From contig OZ244937.1 in assembly GCA_965222075.1 (NCBI GenBank), positions 1,696,001-1,760,000 of the forward strand: DNA of 64,000 bases, written 5' to 3'. The first letter of the stretch is position 1. Every line of letters starts with the position of its first letter. The notes below the pieces were generated by a model that was not told the DNA's origin, did no database searches, and saw nothing but the letters and a program-made list of their open reading frames with translations. Both the position numbers and the translations under genes were made by a program. Positions 1-8,408 of the stretch are shown here, one piece after another. This DNA comes from Candidatus Latescibacterota bacterium. GTDB lineage: Bacteria; Latescibacterota; UBA2968; GCA-2709665.

Positions 1-194
1 GTTACCAGCCGATCGATGGTGCGGTCCAGGTCGAAGCGGGGCTTCGCTCCGCTGCGGGTGACGGACCGGTCCGCAATCCGGGTGGCGTCTGTGTAGATGG
101 CCTCCATCAGCGAATCGTGAAAATTGGGACCGGCCTCCCAGCGCAGGGAGGATGCGGCGGAGAGCACGTCGTCGGGCATTGTTTTAGCGTTCAT
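1..194 (-). CDS. feoB: Membrane-domain half of a split FeoB (partial, runs off window start)
   Basis: Not in ORF track. ATG at 194 overlaps the TGA of the GTPase gene (ATGA); reads MNAKTMPDDVLSAASSLRWEAGPNFHDSLMEAIYTDATRIADRSVTRSGAKPRFDLDRTIDRLV, like the FeoB linker before TM1 (compare LSDRLDRVL in the full-length FeoB at 5018-7291). Confidence 0.8.
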   Translation of the reverse strand, partial: MNAKTMPDDVLSAASSLRWEAGPNFHDSLMEAIYTDATRIADRSVTRSGAKPRFDLDRTIDRLV

Positions 195-1006
195 AACACC
201 TCCTGGAGCGGAGTCTCGGCCTGAGACCCCTGGTTCAGGTCGCCCAATTCCCCCGATCGAACCGCTTCGATCATCCGTTTGTCGCCTTCCAACAGGCGCA
301 GCGCCACCCAGCGTGCATTTGGCAGCCCGGGAAAGGCCGACTCGAGCTTGTCCACAAGCTGGCTGACCGCGCGTTTCAGCGCGGGCGGCTCGCTTTTTAT
401 TCGGTGCGGCTTGCACACCACCTGGCCGTTGGCCACCTCGCTGATGGCCTGGATCAACAGCGGAACACCCTCACCCTGGCGGGCCGCGGTGGGCACCACC
501 GGCACCCCCAGGTCCCGCGCCAGGCGGCGGTCGTCTACCGCCAGGCCGTGCCGTTTGGCCTCATCCATCAAATTGAGGCAGACCACCGCCTGGTCGGTAA
601 TCTCCAAAACCTGAAAAACCAGGTTCAGATTGCGCTCCAGGCGGGTGCTGTCCACCACGATAACGGTCACGTCGGGCCGGCCGAACAGGATAAAATCACG
701 GGCGATCTCTTCGTCGTAGCTGGCCGACAGCAGCGAGTAGGTACCCGGAAGGTCCACCAGCTTATAGCGGTATTCACCGTAGGCGAACCCGCCCTCGGCC
801 CGGGTAACCGTCTTGCCGGGCCAGTTGCCCGTATGCTGCCGCAGCCCGGTCAGGCTGTTGAACACCGTACTCTTCCCGGTATTCGGATTGCCGGCCAGCA
901 CGACCACATAATCCCAGTTGGCCATATTGATGCCCAGCCTGGTTAGATTTCCGGCGTGATGCGTCGGACAAGTTTCACAAACCGTTGTCGCATTCTCTCT
1001 GTCCAT
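191..1006 (-). CDS. feoB: Stand-alone FeoB GTPase domain
   Basis: GNPNTGKS, GNWPGKTV, DLPGTYSL, NLMD motifs; no TM segments. Confidence 0.92.
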   Translation of the reverse strand: MDRENATTVCETCPTHHAGNLTRLGINMANWDYVVVLAGNPNTGKSTVFNSLTGLRQHTGNWPGKTVTRAEGGFAYGEYRYKLVDLPGTYSLLSASYDEEIARDFILFGRPDVTVIVVDSTRLERNLNLVFQVLEITDQAVVCLNLMDEAKRHGLAVDDRRLARDLGVPVVPTAARQGEGVPLLIQAISEVANGQVVCKPHRIKSEPPALKRAVSQLVDKLESAFPGLPNARWVALRLLEGDKRMIEAVRSGELGDLNQGSQAETPLQEVL

Positions 1007-2034
1007 CAGGCTGCCTCCATCTGTCGGGTAATATGAATCTGGTTGGCCTGTTCTTTGCGCAGCGCAATCACGCTGTCCCGAACCCGGTACGCGGTCGGAT
1101 CACCGGTCGGGCTCTTCATCTCAACCTCGATCCGCGTGCCGGGCAAAATGCCCAGGTCCATCAGCCGGCGGCGCTCCAGCCCCCGACAGCTCCGGGAAAG
1201 GCGGATCACCCGGGCCGTCTCTCCCGGTTTCAACCCGGACAAAGGCGCATAGGGCGCCTCCTTCTCCTGTTCCTCCGGCACGGGAATAACCGAAATATTG
1301 GCGGCCAGGACCGGAGCCAGCACGTGTTCCTCCCCATCGGCCCAGAATCGAATGCGCCGGGGCGAGATGCCGGTGATCTCCACGCGCATCCCCAGGTTCA
1401 GCCCCTCGGCAACCAGCTGAGCGAAAACCGCCTCCGGCTCGTCTTCGATATGCACAATCGTCGCTGCCTTTGCCACGGGAAGGGCCGTAAGGGGCTGGCC
1501 CTGCCTGGGGGCGATTTCTCCGGACGCGGTGGGAATCGGATCCCCGTGGGGATCGTAGCCCGGGTGTCCCATCTGTTCGTCCAGGCGATCGGTTTCTTCG
1601 GGAGACAGATCGTGCTCCCGGTATTCCGCCTCACTGTGCCAGTCGGCTTCGGCCAGGCCGGTCTCCTCGGCCAGATAGTGCTCCCAGAGCCGGTGCACGC
1701 GAAGCATGCGCAGCGCATAGGTGCGCCCATCGGGAGTAAGATGCAGCCCGCCCCCCTCCGACTTCAACAGCCTCAGTGCCTCAATGCGCACGAGCAGGTC
1801 GGCCGTCTGATTCCCCGTAATACCCAGCGCCCCCGCCAGGCTCTCCACCGTGCACGCCTGTTTCCGGTATTCACAGTCGTACAGGTGTTTCAGGGCATCT
1901 TCAATCAAAACCCGTTCGGTTATGCTCCGCACCCGCTGCCAGCGCCAGAACGCGCCGCGCTTGGGCCAGAACATCCTCTCCCCTGCCAACAGAACCAGGG
2001 CAGCCACAAGCAGTGCAGTGACCGGGTCAACCAT
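1006..2034 (-). CDS. DtxR/MntR-family regulator with N-terminal hydrophobic helix and two FeoA/SH3 domains
   Basis: EDALKHLY, RVHRLWEHYL, EAEYREH, DPHGDPIP; FeoA motif RRLMDLGILPG..SPTGDP; start moved to ATG 2034 (RBS AAAGGGGG). Confidence 0.9.
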   Translation of the reverse strand: MVDPVTALLVAALVLLAGERMFWPKRGAFWRWQRVRSITERVLIEDALKHLYDCEYRKQACTVESLAGALGITGNQTADLLVRIEALRLLKSEGGGLHLTPDGRTYALRMLRVHRLWEHYLAEETGLAEADWHSEAEYREHDLSPEETDRLDEQMGHPGYDPHGDPIPTASGEIAPRQGQPLTALPVAKAATIVHIEDEPEAVFAQLVAEGLNLGMRVEITGISPRRIRFWADGEEHVLAPVLAANISVIPVPEEQEKEAPYAPLSGLKPGETARVIRLSRSCRGLERRRLMDLGILPGTRIEVEMKSPTGDPTAYRVRDSVIALRKEQANQIHITRQMEAA

Positions 2035-2073
2035 CCTGATCCCCCTTTCAGAATTTTTATAAAACAAATAATA

Positions 2074-2093
2074 ATTTTAGCCATAGCTAAAAT
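2074..2093. promoter_or_regulatory. Putative DtxR-family operator
   Basis: Perfect 8-4-8 palindrome ATTTTAGC-CATA-GCTAAAAT overlapping the -10 of the leftward promoter. Confidence 0.7.
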
Positions 2094-2117
2094 ATACAAA
2101 ACAAGCTGTACTGTCAA
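2089..2117 (-). promoter_or_regulatory. Sigma70 promoter of the dtxR-feoB operon
   Basis: TTGACA (2117-2112), 17 nt, TATTTT (2094-2089). Confidence 0.6.
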
Positions 2118-2139
2118 GTAAGATTTTCCAAAATACCCC

Positions 2140-2168
2140 TTGACATTCTATTTGAAATATTATATTAT
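2140..2168 (+). promoter_or_regulatory. Sigma70 promoter of arsR-ATPase
   Basis: TTGACA-17 nt-TATTAT. Confidence 0.75.
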
Positions 2169-2169
2169 C

Positions 2170-2189
2170 AATTGAACAGAAGTTCAATT
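2170..2189. promoter_or_regulatory. SmtB/ArsR-type operator
   Basis: AATTGAAC-AGAA-GTTCAATT palindrome just after the -10; TGAA...TTCA core typical of SmtB/CzrA operators. Confidence 0.75.
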
Positions 2190-2209
2190 ATTAAAGGAGA
2201 CAATACCCT

Positions 2210-2581
2210 GTGACAAGCGCAACAGAAACCACAGTCCCGGACATCTGCGAAGACCGCATCATCGACCGGGAAAAGGTCCGGCGGGCGGCGCAGGCCCTGC
2301 CCACCCAGAGGGTTTTAAACGGCCTGGCCGAAACCTTCAAAGTCCTGAGCAACCCCAGCCGGCTGAAAATCATCCACGCCCTCTCCGGAGACGAACTCTG
2401 CGTCTGCGACCTGGCAGCCCTTCTGGGCAGCACCGATTCCGCCGTGAGCCACCAGCTCCGCATCCTGCGCAGCATGCGCCTGGTCAAATACCGCCGCGAA
2501 GGCAAACTCGCCTACTACTCACTGGACGACCAGCACGTCCGCCAGCTCTTTGAGGCGGGGCTGGAGCATCTGATAGAATAG
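2210..2581 (+). CDS. ArsR/SmtB (CadC/ZiaR-like) metal-sensing repressor
   Basis: ELCVCDLA, SAVSHQL, YYSLDDQHV...LEH. Confidence 0.92.
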   Translation: MTSATETTVPDICEDRIIDREKVRRAAQALPTQRVLNGLAETFKVLSNPSRLKIIHALSGDELCVCDLAALLGSTDSAVSHQLRILRSMRLVKYRREGKLAYYSLDDQHVRQLFEAGLEHLIE

Positions 2582-2610
2582 GGAGTCACGCGTCTTTACG
2601 AGGCCAACCT

Positions 2611-4737
2611 ATGGGAGTCAGGGAAAAAGGGTCTACCAAAGTCTACGCCATCCCGGACATGGAATGCGCTGGATGTGCGGCCAAGGTGGAACGCGCCATC
2701 CGGGGTCTGGACGGTGTTCTGGAGGTCTCAACCAGTGTGATGGCGCAACGGGTAACGGTGCACTATATCCAGGGCGTTGTAGATACACGGCAGATGTCGT
2801 CGGCCATCCGGGATGCGGGCTACACCGTGGGAGAAGGTACTCCCGGCAAACCCTCCTTCCGGAAGGACCGGGAAAAGGTCCTCACCCTTCTGTCGGGCCT
2901 CTTCTTCGCCCTCGGGCTGGCTGCCCGGTGGGGCTGGCCGGAAGTGGCGCTCTGGCAGGGACACATCGGGCTTTCGGGCCTGCTCTTTCTGATCTCGGCC
3001 CTCCTGGGAGGCTTCAACTTTTTCCCCGCCGGAATCCGGGCGCTTCGCACGTTCTCCCTGGACATGGACTTCCTGATGACCGCCGCCATCTTCGGCGCAG
3101 CCGTCATCGGAGAATACCTGGAAGCCGCCGCGATTGCCTTCCTCTTCTCCACGGCCGAACTCCTGGAAGGTTATGCCATCGACCGGGCGCGGCATTCGCT
3201 TCGGACCCTGATGGAACTGGCACCCGATACCGCCACGGTTCGGCGCAACGGCCGGGAAGTCACCGTACCAATAGAAGGTGTGCAACCCGACGAACGGGTG
3301 GTCGTGCGCCCCGGAGAAAAGATCCCCGTGGACGGCGAGGTCGTCGAGGGGGTCTCCGCCGTGGACCAGTCCCCCATCACCGGCGAGTCCATGCCGGTTA
3401 CCAAGCAGGCGGGCGACGAGACCTTTGCCGGCACCATCAACCGGGAAGGCTACCTCGAAATCCGGACAACGCGGGGGGCGTCTGAAAGCACCCTCAGCCG
3501 CATCGTCCGGATGGTGGAAGAGGCCGAAGACCGTCGCGCGCCCAGTGAGCAGTTCGTGCGGAAGTTCGCCCGCTACTATACACCTGCGGTAACCCTCCTG
3601 GCCCTTGTCGTCATCCTGCTTCCCCCGCTCGTCTTCGGGGCGTCCTTCGACACGTGGTTTCTCCGGGGGTTAACCCTGCTGGTCATCGCCTGCCCCTGTG
3701 CGCTGGTCATCTCCACGCCCGTGGCCGTCGTCAGCGGCATCACCAGCGCCGCCCGCAACGGCGTCCTCATCAAAGGCGGCAACCACCTGGAAGCCCTCGG
3801 CGAGGTCCGGGCCGTGGCCTTCGACAAGACCGGCACCCTCACCCACGGCAACCCCGAAGTCACGGACATCGTGTCGTTCAACGGCCAGCCGGAAGCCGAG
3901 GTCCTCCGCATCGCCGCGGCCCTCGAACGGCGGTCGCAGCACCCCATTGCCGGGGCCATCCTCAAACGGGCCGAGGGCCTTACCCTCCCCGACGTCTCAG
4001 GATTCGAGTCCATCACCGGCCAGGGCGTACGCGCCCGCATCGATCACATCGCCTACCTGGCGGGAAAACCCGACCTCTTCCCCATACCGGCGCCCGAAGC
4101 GGTGGGCCGGCTCAACCGGGAGGGCAAAACAACCGTCCTCGTGGGCACGGACTCCGAACTCATCGGCGCCCTTGCCGTTGCCGATACCGTCCGTCAAAAC
4201 GCCGGGGAGACGGTTCGGGCGCTCCATCAAAGCGGCATCCAGCGGGTGGTCATGTTAACGGGAGACAACGAGGCAACGGCAAGGGCTATTGCGGGAGAGC
4301 TGGGCGTGGACGAATGGCAGGCGGGTCTGCTCCCCGAACAGAAGGTCGAAGCAGTCCGGGAGCTTCGCCGCAGGTATGGTCAAACCGCGATGGTCGGCGA
4401 CGGGGTAAACGACGCCCCGGCGCTTGCAATAGCATCTGTGGGCATTGCAATGGGCGCGGCCGGCACCGATACCGCACTGGAGACCGCCGACGTCGCGCTT
4501 ATGGCCGATGACCTGTCCAAACTCCCCTACCTCTTCCGGCTTTCCCGCACCTCAAGGCGTGTGATCCGGCAGAACGTCTGGACCTCGATCCTGGTCAAAT
4601 TCATCCTGGCCGCCGGCGTCTTCCCCGGCCTGGTTTCCTTAGTCGCCGCCGTCCTGGCGGGCGATATGGGCACCTCGCTTGGTGTTACGGGAAACGCCCT
4701 CCGCCTGGCGCGCGTCCGCCCTTTGGAGGTGCGCTGA
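2611..4737 (+). CDS. Heavy-metal (Zn/Cd/Pb) P1B-type ATPase, CadA/ZntA-like
   Basis: HMA MECAGC, TGES, CPC, DKTGT, HP, GDGVND. Confidence 0.95.
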   Translation: MGVREKGSTKVYAIPDMECAGCAAKVERAIRGLDGVLEVSTSVMAQRVTVHYIQGVVDTRQMSSAIRDAGYTVGEGTPGKPSFRKDREKVLTLLSGLFFALGLAARWGWPEVALWQGHIGLSGLLFLISALLGGFNFFPAGIRALRTFSLDMDFLMTAAIFGAAVIGEYLEAAAIAFLFSTAELLEGYAIDRARHSLRTLMELAPDTATVRRNGREVTVPIEGVQPDERVVVRPGEKIPVDGEVVEGVSAVDQSPITGESMPVTKQAGDETFAGTINREGYLEIRTTRGASESTLSRIVRMVEEAEDRRAPSEQFVRKFARYYTPAVTLLALVVILLPPLVFGASFDTWFLRGLTLLVIACPCALVISTPVAVVSGITSAARNGVLIKGGNHLEALGEVRAVAFDKTGTLTHGNPEVTDIVSFNGQPEAEVLRIAAALERRSQHPIAGAILKRAEGLTLPDVSGFESITGQGVRARIDHIAYLAGKPDLFPIPAPEAVGRLNREGKTTVLVGTDSELIGALAVADTVRQNAGETVRALHQSGIQRVVMLTGDNEATARAIAGELGVDEWQAGLLPEQKVEAVRELRRRYGQTAMVGDGVNDAPALAIASVGIAMGAAGTDTALETADVALMADDLSKLPYLFRLSRTSRRVIRQNVWTSILVKFILAAGVFPGLVSLVAAVLAGDMGTSLGVTGNALRLARVRPLEVR

Positions 4738-4755
4738 CCCCCTGAAGCAGAAAAC

Positions 4756-4790
4756 AAAAAGCCCCGGAGGAAAGTCCTCCAGGGCCTTTT
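4756..4790. terminator. Bidirectional intrinsic terminator between convergent operons
   Basis: AAAAAGCCCCGGAGGA-AAG-TCCTCCAGGGCCTTTT; second hairpin GGGCGCTC-AACG-GAGCGCCC follows. Confidence 0.7.
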
Positions 4791-4830
4791 CCATAGGGGG
4801 CAGGGGGCGCTCAACGGAGCGCCCTTTCCT

Positions 4831-5016
4831 CTATCCCCCAATCCGGAGCAGGTCTTCCGGGGGGGCCGAAAGCGTTTCCCCTTTGCACCCCTTGCTCCCA
4901 CATCCACCGCCGCACGCACCCCCCTGCCCTGACAAAAAGGGCCGGATAAACTGCCCCAACACCCACACGCCGCATACCAGCGCCACAAAAATCGCCAGAA
5001 TCGACTGCCAGTCCAT
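4831..5016 (-). CDS. FeoB-associated Cys-rich small membrane protein
   Basis: One TM helix then CGGGCGSKGC, directly after feoB. Confidence 0.85.
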   Translation of the reverse strand: MDWQSILAIFVALVCGVWVLGQFIRPFLSGQGGACGGGCGSKGCKGETLSAPPEDLLRIGG

Positions 5017-5017
5017 C

Positions 5018-7291
5018 CTACCCTCCCCACCCCAGGGCCGTCGTGGCCTGGTAAGTGACCCATGCGCCGATATAGGCCAGAAGGGTCATATACCCAAACG
5101 CGAACCCCGCCCACCCCCAGGACCGGGTCTCCCGCTGGATCACCGCCAGGGTGGCCGCGCACTGCGCGCACAGCGCAAAAAAGACCATAACCGAAAGGGC
5201 GACGGGAACCGTAAAAATCGGCCGCCCGTCGTCCCACGTCGCCGCCTGCAGGGCGTGCCGAAGTCCCTCCGAGGTCTCATCCACCCCGCTTCCCAGGCTG
5301 TAAATCGTCCCCAGGGACGCCACAACAATCTCCCGGGCCGGAAAAGAAGCAACCGCCGCCATCCCGATGCGCCAGTCCCAGCCGAGGGGGCGCACGACCG
5401 GTTCTATGAAGTGCCCGGCACGGCCCAGAAAACTCTGTTTCAGCAATTCGGAAGACATCCCGGCATCGATCGCGGCCAGTGCCTCTGCCTGCGCCTGCCC
5501 CGCATGGGTGCTCAAAATCTCCTCCTGCCGGGCCTCGTAATTTTCAACAATCCCCGCAGGACGGGGAAAATAGGCCAGCGCCCACATCACAATCGCCGCA
5601 GCCAGGATAATCCTTCCGGCGCGGGACAGAAACGCCTTGCTGCTCTGGTAGACCCGCATGCCCACCGTCTTGGGATCCGGCAGTTTGTAGGACGGAAGCT
5701 CCAGAACGAACGGCGAAGACGCCCCCTTCAGCAGCGTCTTCTTCAGCACCCATGCCACCGGCACCGCCACCCCGATGCCCACGCAGTACATCCCAAACAG
5801 CGTCAGCCCCTGCAGCCCGACCCACCCCCCCAGGAGCATGTGGTCCGGAATAAATGCCGCAATAAAAATGGTGTAAACCGGCAGCCGGGCCGAACAGCTC
5901 ATCAGGGGAGCCACCAGGATCGTCGTAAAACGGTCCCGCCTGTCTTCAATCGTCCGGGTCGCCATAATCCCCGGCACCGCACATGCAAAGCTGGACAGCA
6001 TCGGAATAAACGACTTCCCCGATAGCCCGCACCGGGTCAGCAGCCGATCCATCAAAAAGGCCGCCCGGGCCATATACCCGCCGTCTTCGAGAATCGCAAT
6101 AAAGAAGAAAAGAATGGCAATCTGCGGCAGAAAAATGACCACGCTCCCCACCCCGCCGATGACGCCGTCCACCACCAGACTTTTCAGCGCCCCCCCCGGC
6201 ATCGTCGCCCCCACCCAGGCGCCCAGCCCCCCGAACAGGCCGTCGATCCAGTCCATCAGCGGCCCTGCCCAGGTAAAGATCGACTGGAAGACCAGCCCCA
6301 TCATACCCACAAAGATCAGCGTCCCCAACACCCGGTGCGTCAGCACGCGGTCGAGGCGGTCTGAAAGGATCGTCTGCAGCCGTTCGGGCCGAACAAGACA
6401 GCCCGATATCACCTGGCTGATCCAGGCATACCGGGCTTCGGTCTCCAGCGCCGACAGGGGCGCCTTCGTGTGCACCTTTGAACGCACTTCCAAAAGCCGC
6501 CTGCCAAACGCCGGCCCCTGCGCTTCAACCAACCGCTGTTCGGCATAGCCCCCTTCGTCCACCAGCGCCCGAAAAGCCTCGACCTCGGAGAGCTTCCGAA
6601 CGCGCCCATCCCAGGAGAGCTCCACATCCTGAGCAAGCGTCCTGACCTGACGCCCCAGGGATTCCGGAAAGCGGGGCAGTCCCGCCGGTTCGGCGCTCCG
6701 TTCGCCTGAGACCACATCGGCGATGGCCCTGCGCAGGTCGTCCAGCCCCCGGTGCCGGTTCGCGCAGGTCGGAACCACCGGAACCCCGATCCGCTGAGAA
6801 AGCATCGCCGCATCGATCCGGACGCGCCTGGACGCGGCCACGTCCACCATATTCAACGCAATCACCACCGGCAGGCCCAGTTCCAGAACCTGCGAAACCA
6901 GATAGAGGTTCCGCTGCAGATTGCTGGCATCCACAATCGCCAGCACTACGCTTACCGGGGCCTCGCCCTCCACCTGGCCCATCAGCACATCGGCCACAAT
7001 CATCTCGTCCGGCGAATGCGCCGCCAGGCTGTACGCGCCGGGCAGGTCCAGCAAATCGACCTCCAGGCCGCCCCTCAGCTTCAACCGCCCGACCTTCCGC
7101 TCGACCGTCACGCCCGGATAGTTTCCAACGCGCTGAGAAAGCCCGGTCAGAGCATTAAAAAGCGTCGTCTTACCCGTATTCGGGTTGCCGACCAGGGCAA
7201 CGGTTTGAACCCCCGCACCCGGCGCCTGCCTGCGCAGCGTAGTGCGCTGCAGGCAGGGCTGAATATCGTCCGTCCGTATCTGTGTGGACAT
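5018..7291 (-). CDS. feoB: Ferrous iron transporter B, full length
   Basis: GNPNTGKTT, DLPG, NMVD; membrane motifs FACAVPGIMATR, MSCSARLPVY, QCAATL. Confidence 0.96.
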   Translation of the reverse strand: MSTQIRTDDIQPCLQRTTLRRQAPGAGVQTVALVGNPNTGKTTLFNALTGLSQRVGNYPGVTVERKVGRLKLRGGLEVDLLDLPGAYSLAAHSPDEMIVADVLMGQVEGEAPVSVVLAIVDASNLQRNLYLVSQVLELGLPVVIALNMVDVAASRRVRIDAAMLSQRIGVPVVPTCANRHRGLDDLRRAIADVVSGERSAEPAGLPRFPESLGRQVRTLAQDVELSWDGRVRKLSEVEAFRALVDEGGYAEQRLVEAQGPAFGRRLLEVRSKVHTKAPLSALETEARYAWISQVISGCLVRPERLQTILSDRLDRVLTHRVLGTLIFVGMMGLVFQSIFTWAGPLMDWIDGLFGGLGAWVGATMPGGALKSLVVDGVIGGVGSVVIFLPQIAILFFFIAILEDGGYMARAAFLMDRLLTRCGLSGKSFIPMLSSFACAVPGIMATRTIEDRRDRFTTILVAPLMSCSARLPVYTIFIAAFIPDHMLLGGWVGLQGLTLFGMYCVGIGVAVPVAWVLKKTLLKGASSPFVLELPSYKLPDPKTVGMRVYQSSKAFLSRAGRIILAAAIVMWALAYFPRPAGIVENYEARQEEILSTHAGQAQAEALAAIDAGMSSELLKQSFLGRAGHFIEPVVRPLGWDWRIGMAAVASFPAREIVVASLGTIYSLGSGVDETSEGLRHALQAATWDDGRPIFTVPVALSVMVFFALCAQCAATLAVIQRETRSWGWAGFAFGYMTLLAYIGAWVTYQATTALGWGG
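7225..7257. repeat. 33-nt CCTGCCTG...CAGGCAGG palindrome in frame in the feoB 5' end
   Basis: CCTGCCTGCGCAGCGTAGTGCGCTGCAGGCAGG; removal gives DIQPPGAGVQTVALVG. Confidence 0.85.
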
Positions 7292-7295
7292 CTCT

Positions 7296-7613
7296 CTACA
7301 CCGAACGCACCCGAATCGCGTCGGCGTCTCGCCTCCGGACGCAGAACCGCCCCTCTTCCAACTGGATCACGGTTGGACACCCGGCGCGCAGCACCCGTAC
7401 CCGCGCCCCCGGCACCGCCCCCATTTCCCTCAGCCGGGCCGTCAGGCAACAGGTTCCGGCCACCTCCACGATCTCCCCCTCGTCCCCCTCAGGCCACGCG
7501 GCCAGAGGCCCTTCCGCGGGCCGGTCCCGCCTTCCCGGCTCCGCCGCCCCGTTCCGGCCCCAGAGGAACCGCAGCGTCAGCCAGCCGGCCAGCACTATAA
7601 AACGCTCGGCCAT
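7296..7613 (-). CDS. feoA: FeoA
   Basis: RLREMGAVPGARVRVLRAGCP; immediately upstream of feoB. Confidence 0.85.
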   Translation of the reverse strand: MAERFIVLAGWLTLRFLWGRNGAAEPGRRDRPAEGPLAAWPEGDEGEIVEVAGTCCLTARLREMGAVPGARVRVLRAGCPTVIQLEEGRFCVRRRDADAIRVRSV

Positions 7614-7652
7614 GCCTCAATCTCCCTCCGGAATCCTGTCCCCGGCGTCCTC

Positions 7653-8183
7653 TCAGGCCTCGATCTGCATGTGCAGCAGACATTCATCCTCGCAGATCGG
7701 GCACACTTCCAGGCCGTAACACAGCGCCTCCTCGTTCCGAAACGCCTCCAGGAACTGCCGCGCCATCGGCGTATCCGACAGCAGGAAACTCATAAAATGG
7801 AGCAGCTTCTCCCCGGTCTCCAGGCTCAGGAGGTGTTCGACCTTACAGGCGTCGACCTCCGCCTGCTGTTCCCCCACGTGCAACACATCCTTCAGGAATT
7901 TCCTGACAATCGCCCGTTTGGCCATCACCAGATCCACAATCCGCTGCGCCTCTTCGGACAGCCGCAGGAACTTGTTCTGGTCTTCCAAAACGTAATGCTT
8001 TCGTTTTAAAGCCTTTAGCGTAAGCGAGGCGCTCCCCCTGGTAATATCCAAATACCTCGCCACATCCGAAACCCGGGCGTATCCCTGCCGCTCCGCCAAC
8101 TCGCTGATTGCCGCAAGGTGGTGGGCCACACTGTGGGTAATCTCATTGTCCTCAAACGCTTTCCACACCCCCGAAGATGACAT
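7653..8183 (-). CDS. DtxR/MntR-family regulator with C-terminal 4-Cys motif
   Basis: ARVSDVARYL HTH, DACKVEHLLS; tail CYGLEVCPICEDEC. Confidence 0.88.
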   Translation of the reverse strand: MSSSGVWKAFEDNEITHSVAHHLAAISELAERQGYARVSDVARYLDITRGSASLTLKALKRKHYVLEDQNKFLRLSEEAQRIVDLVMAKRAIVRKFLKDVLHVGEQQAEVDACKVEHLLSLETGEKLLHFMSFLLSDTPMARQFLEAFRNEEALCYGLEVCPICEDECLLHMQIEA

Positions 8184-8222
8184 GGAAGCCCCCTTTCCCC
8201 TACAAAGATGACTGTTTAATCA

Positions 8223-8252
8223 ACCAGATGTTTTGTTAATAAAACATCTGGT
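8223..8252. promoter_or_regulatory. Long palindrome in the leader of dtxR-feoA-feoB (operator or RNA hairpin)
   Basis: ACCAGATGTTTT-GTTAAT-AAAACATCTGGT; minus-strand TTGACA at 8286-8281 and TATATT at 8262-8257 lie upstream. Confidence 0.7.
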
Positions 8253-8408
8253 ATAGAATATAAACAATATCCATCGGACATGTCAAGGGGAATTTGTAAC
8301 AAAGCCGTAACAATCGTCCAGGCGCTGCCTGTGTATTGCCCCCTTGACTTTACCCCGAATTTTTTGTATACCTGTCAATGAATATTTTTCGTTGAGGAGT
8401 TTCCCCCC

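Noticed and set aside
1500-1507. Lone CCTGCCTG (also lone arms near 39185, 41012 and 46023)
   Set aside because: No matching second arm; not counted as family members
4766-4777. GGAGGAAAGTCC resembles the RNase P RNA motif
   Set aside because: Part of a 35-nt terminator in a gap under 100 nt; no room for the RNA
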